Source of the DNA: Sarea resinae
Lineage: Eukaryota
Assembly (NCBI GenBank): GCA_026026165.1
Contig: JAPEUD010000010.1
Location: forward strand, 434,001-498,000
Direction: 5' to 3'
Length of the DNA: 64,000 nt
Shown here: in pieces, positions 63,100 through 64,000 of the stretch
Layout: every line of letters begins with the position of its first letter
How positions within the stretch are numbered: the first letter of the stretch is position 1
Made by a program: the position numbers and the translations under genes
The notes under the pieces: generated by a model
What the model was told of the DNA's origin: nothing
The model's database searches: none
What the model saw: only the letters and a program-made list of their open reading frames with translations

Positions 63100-64000
63100 G
63101 TTTCTGGTCACGGATCTTAAACATCGGTCGGCGTACATGTGTATATAGGAGGTCATGATTTGACGTTTTTCTTTAGCCTACTTTAATGAATGAATCCTGG
63201 GACTTCTTGAGACGACTGGAATTTGAATGCCAGTGAAAACGATGGTGCAGAAGATGAAGATGATGATAATGATGATGATCGTGACCATGATTGATCGTGA
63301 CCTCATGAACCAGATCCTTCGATTTGTTGATTGCTCTTTGTGGTGTTGTTCACCGTCACGTATTCGAGTATTCTCGTTCCTCGAATGCGATTCATATTCT
63401 ACTCACGGTTGATGATGCATGTGGATGACGATGCTTGCTGCCCCACCTACGTGACCTACCTGACCGTCGCCCATGCCATCTCGCTTAGTTACATACGTGC
63501 TTCCCGGCCCCTCCATCATTCTTGGGCCGATATCCATTATCCATGCCACCAGTCTGATTACAGCTTCAGCCTTACAACCTCGTGGAATGTACAGGACCGA
63601 CTGCGTTCGTACCGTGAGATGTGAGCAACTGTCTGAGGAGGTGTTCTAGAAGGCTATCAGAAATGCTGTACTGACACTACCTGTCTAGCAAGCCTTTGTT
63701 CGACCGAGCCCTTCCCTTACTCTGTCCCTCTCGAGCTCTGTTGAGCTCTTGTTGATCCACCTCCACCTCCACCTCCACCTCCTACAATCCTTTCATCCTG
63801 CGACCCGGTGGATGCGCAGATATGCCCCCAGCATACTCTCCGGCGCAGAGATCTGCTATCGCCAACTTTGCAAGTTTCACCGGCGTCAGCAATACCGTCG
63901 CTGCGAGAGTAAGGGAGCTCCTTTGTCTCCGGAAGCTTTACATACCCCCCATCGAGCCATAGAGACTAATTCGTTTCTTCCATATAGCGCCTGAGGGCAC

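Noticed and set aside
1..64000. Transposon/Starship, secondary-metabolite cluster, rRNA or telomerase RNA
   Set aside because: I recognised no transposase, reverse transcriptase, tyrosine recombinase, backbone synthase, rRNA or telomeric template; diverged copies could be missed by eye.

Overview
Eukaryotic, filamentous-ascomycete-type (Pezizomycotina-like) genomic DNA with short GT-AG introns and CTRAY branch sites. I can build spliced models for 16 protein genes and one intron-containing tRNA: Na+/H+ antiporter NHA1 (runs off the left edge), a secreted GH127-like glycosidase, an F-box-like protein, the pH sensor PalH/Rim21, the GTPase Spg1/Tem1, Rrb1, an orphan Pro/Ser-rich ORF with a ubiquitin-tail-like RLRGG motif, an AmdX/Adr1-type C2H2 factor behind a ~9 kb gene-free region, a transglutaminase-like protein, ceramide synthase Lag1/Lac1, PARP, an uncharacterised trypsin-like (Ssy5/Nal1-like) protease, a BAHD-type acyltransferase, tRNA-Ile(AAT), UVRAG/Vps38, Mhr1/mL67 with a very large helical insertion, and an HGT1-type glucose transporter. 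I recognised no transposase, CRISPR array or rRNA. Best leads: the RLRGG orphan, the atypical protease with an open frame continuing past its stop, the Mhr1 insertion, and several legible promoter motif clusters. All calls come from manual motif recognition and splicing; no database search was run.
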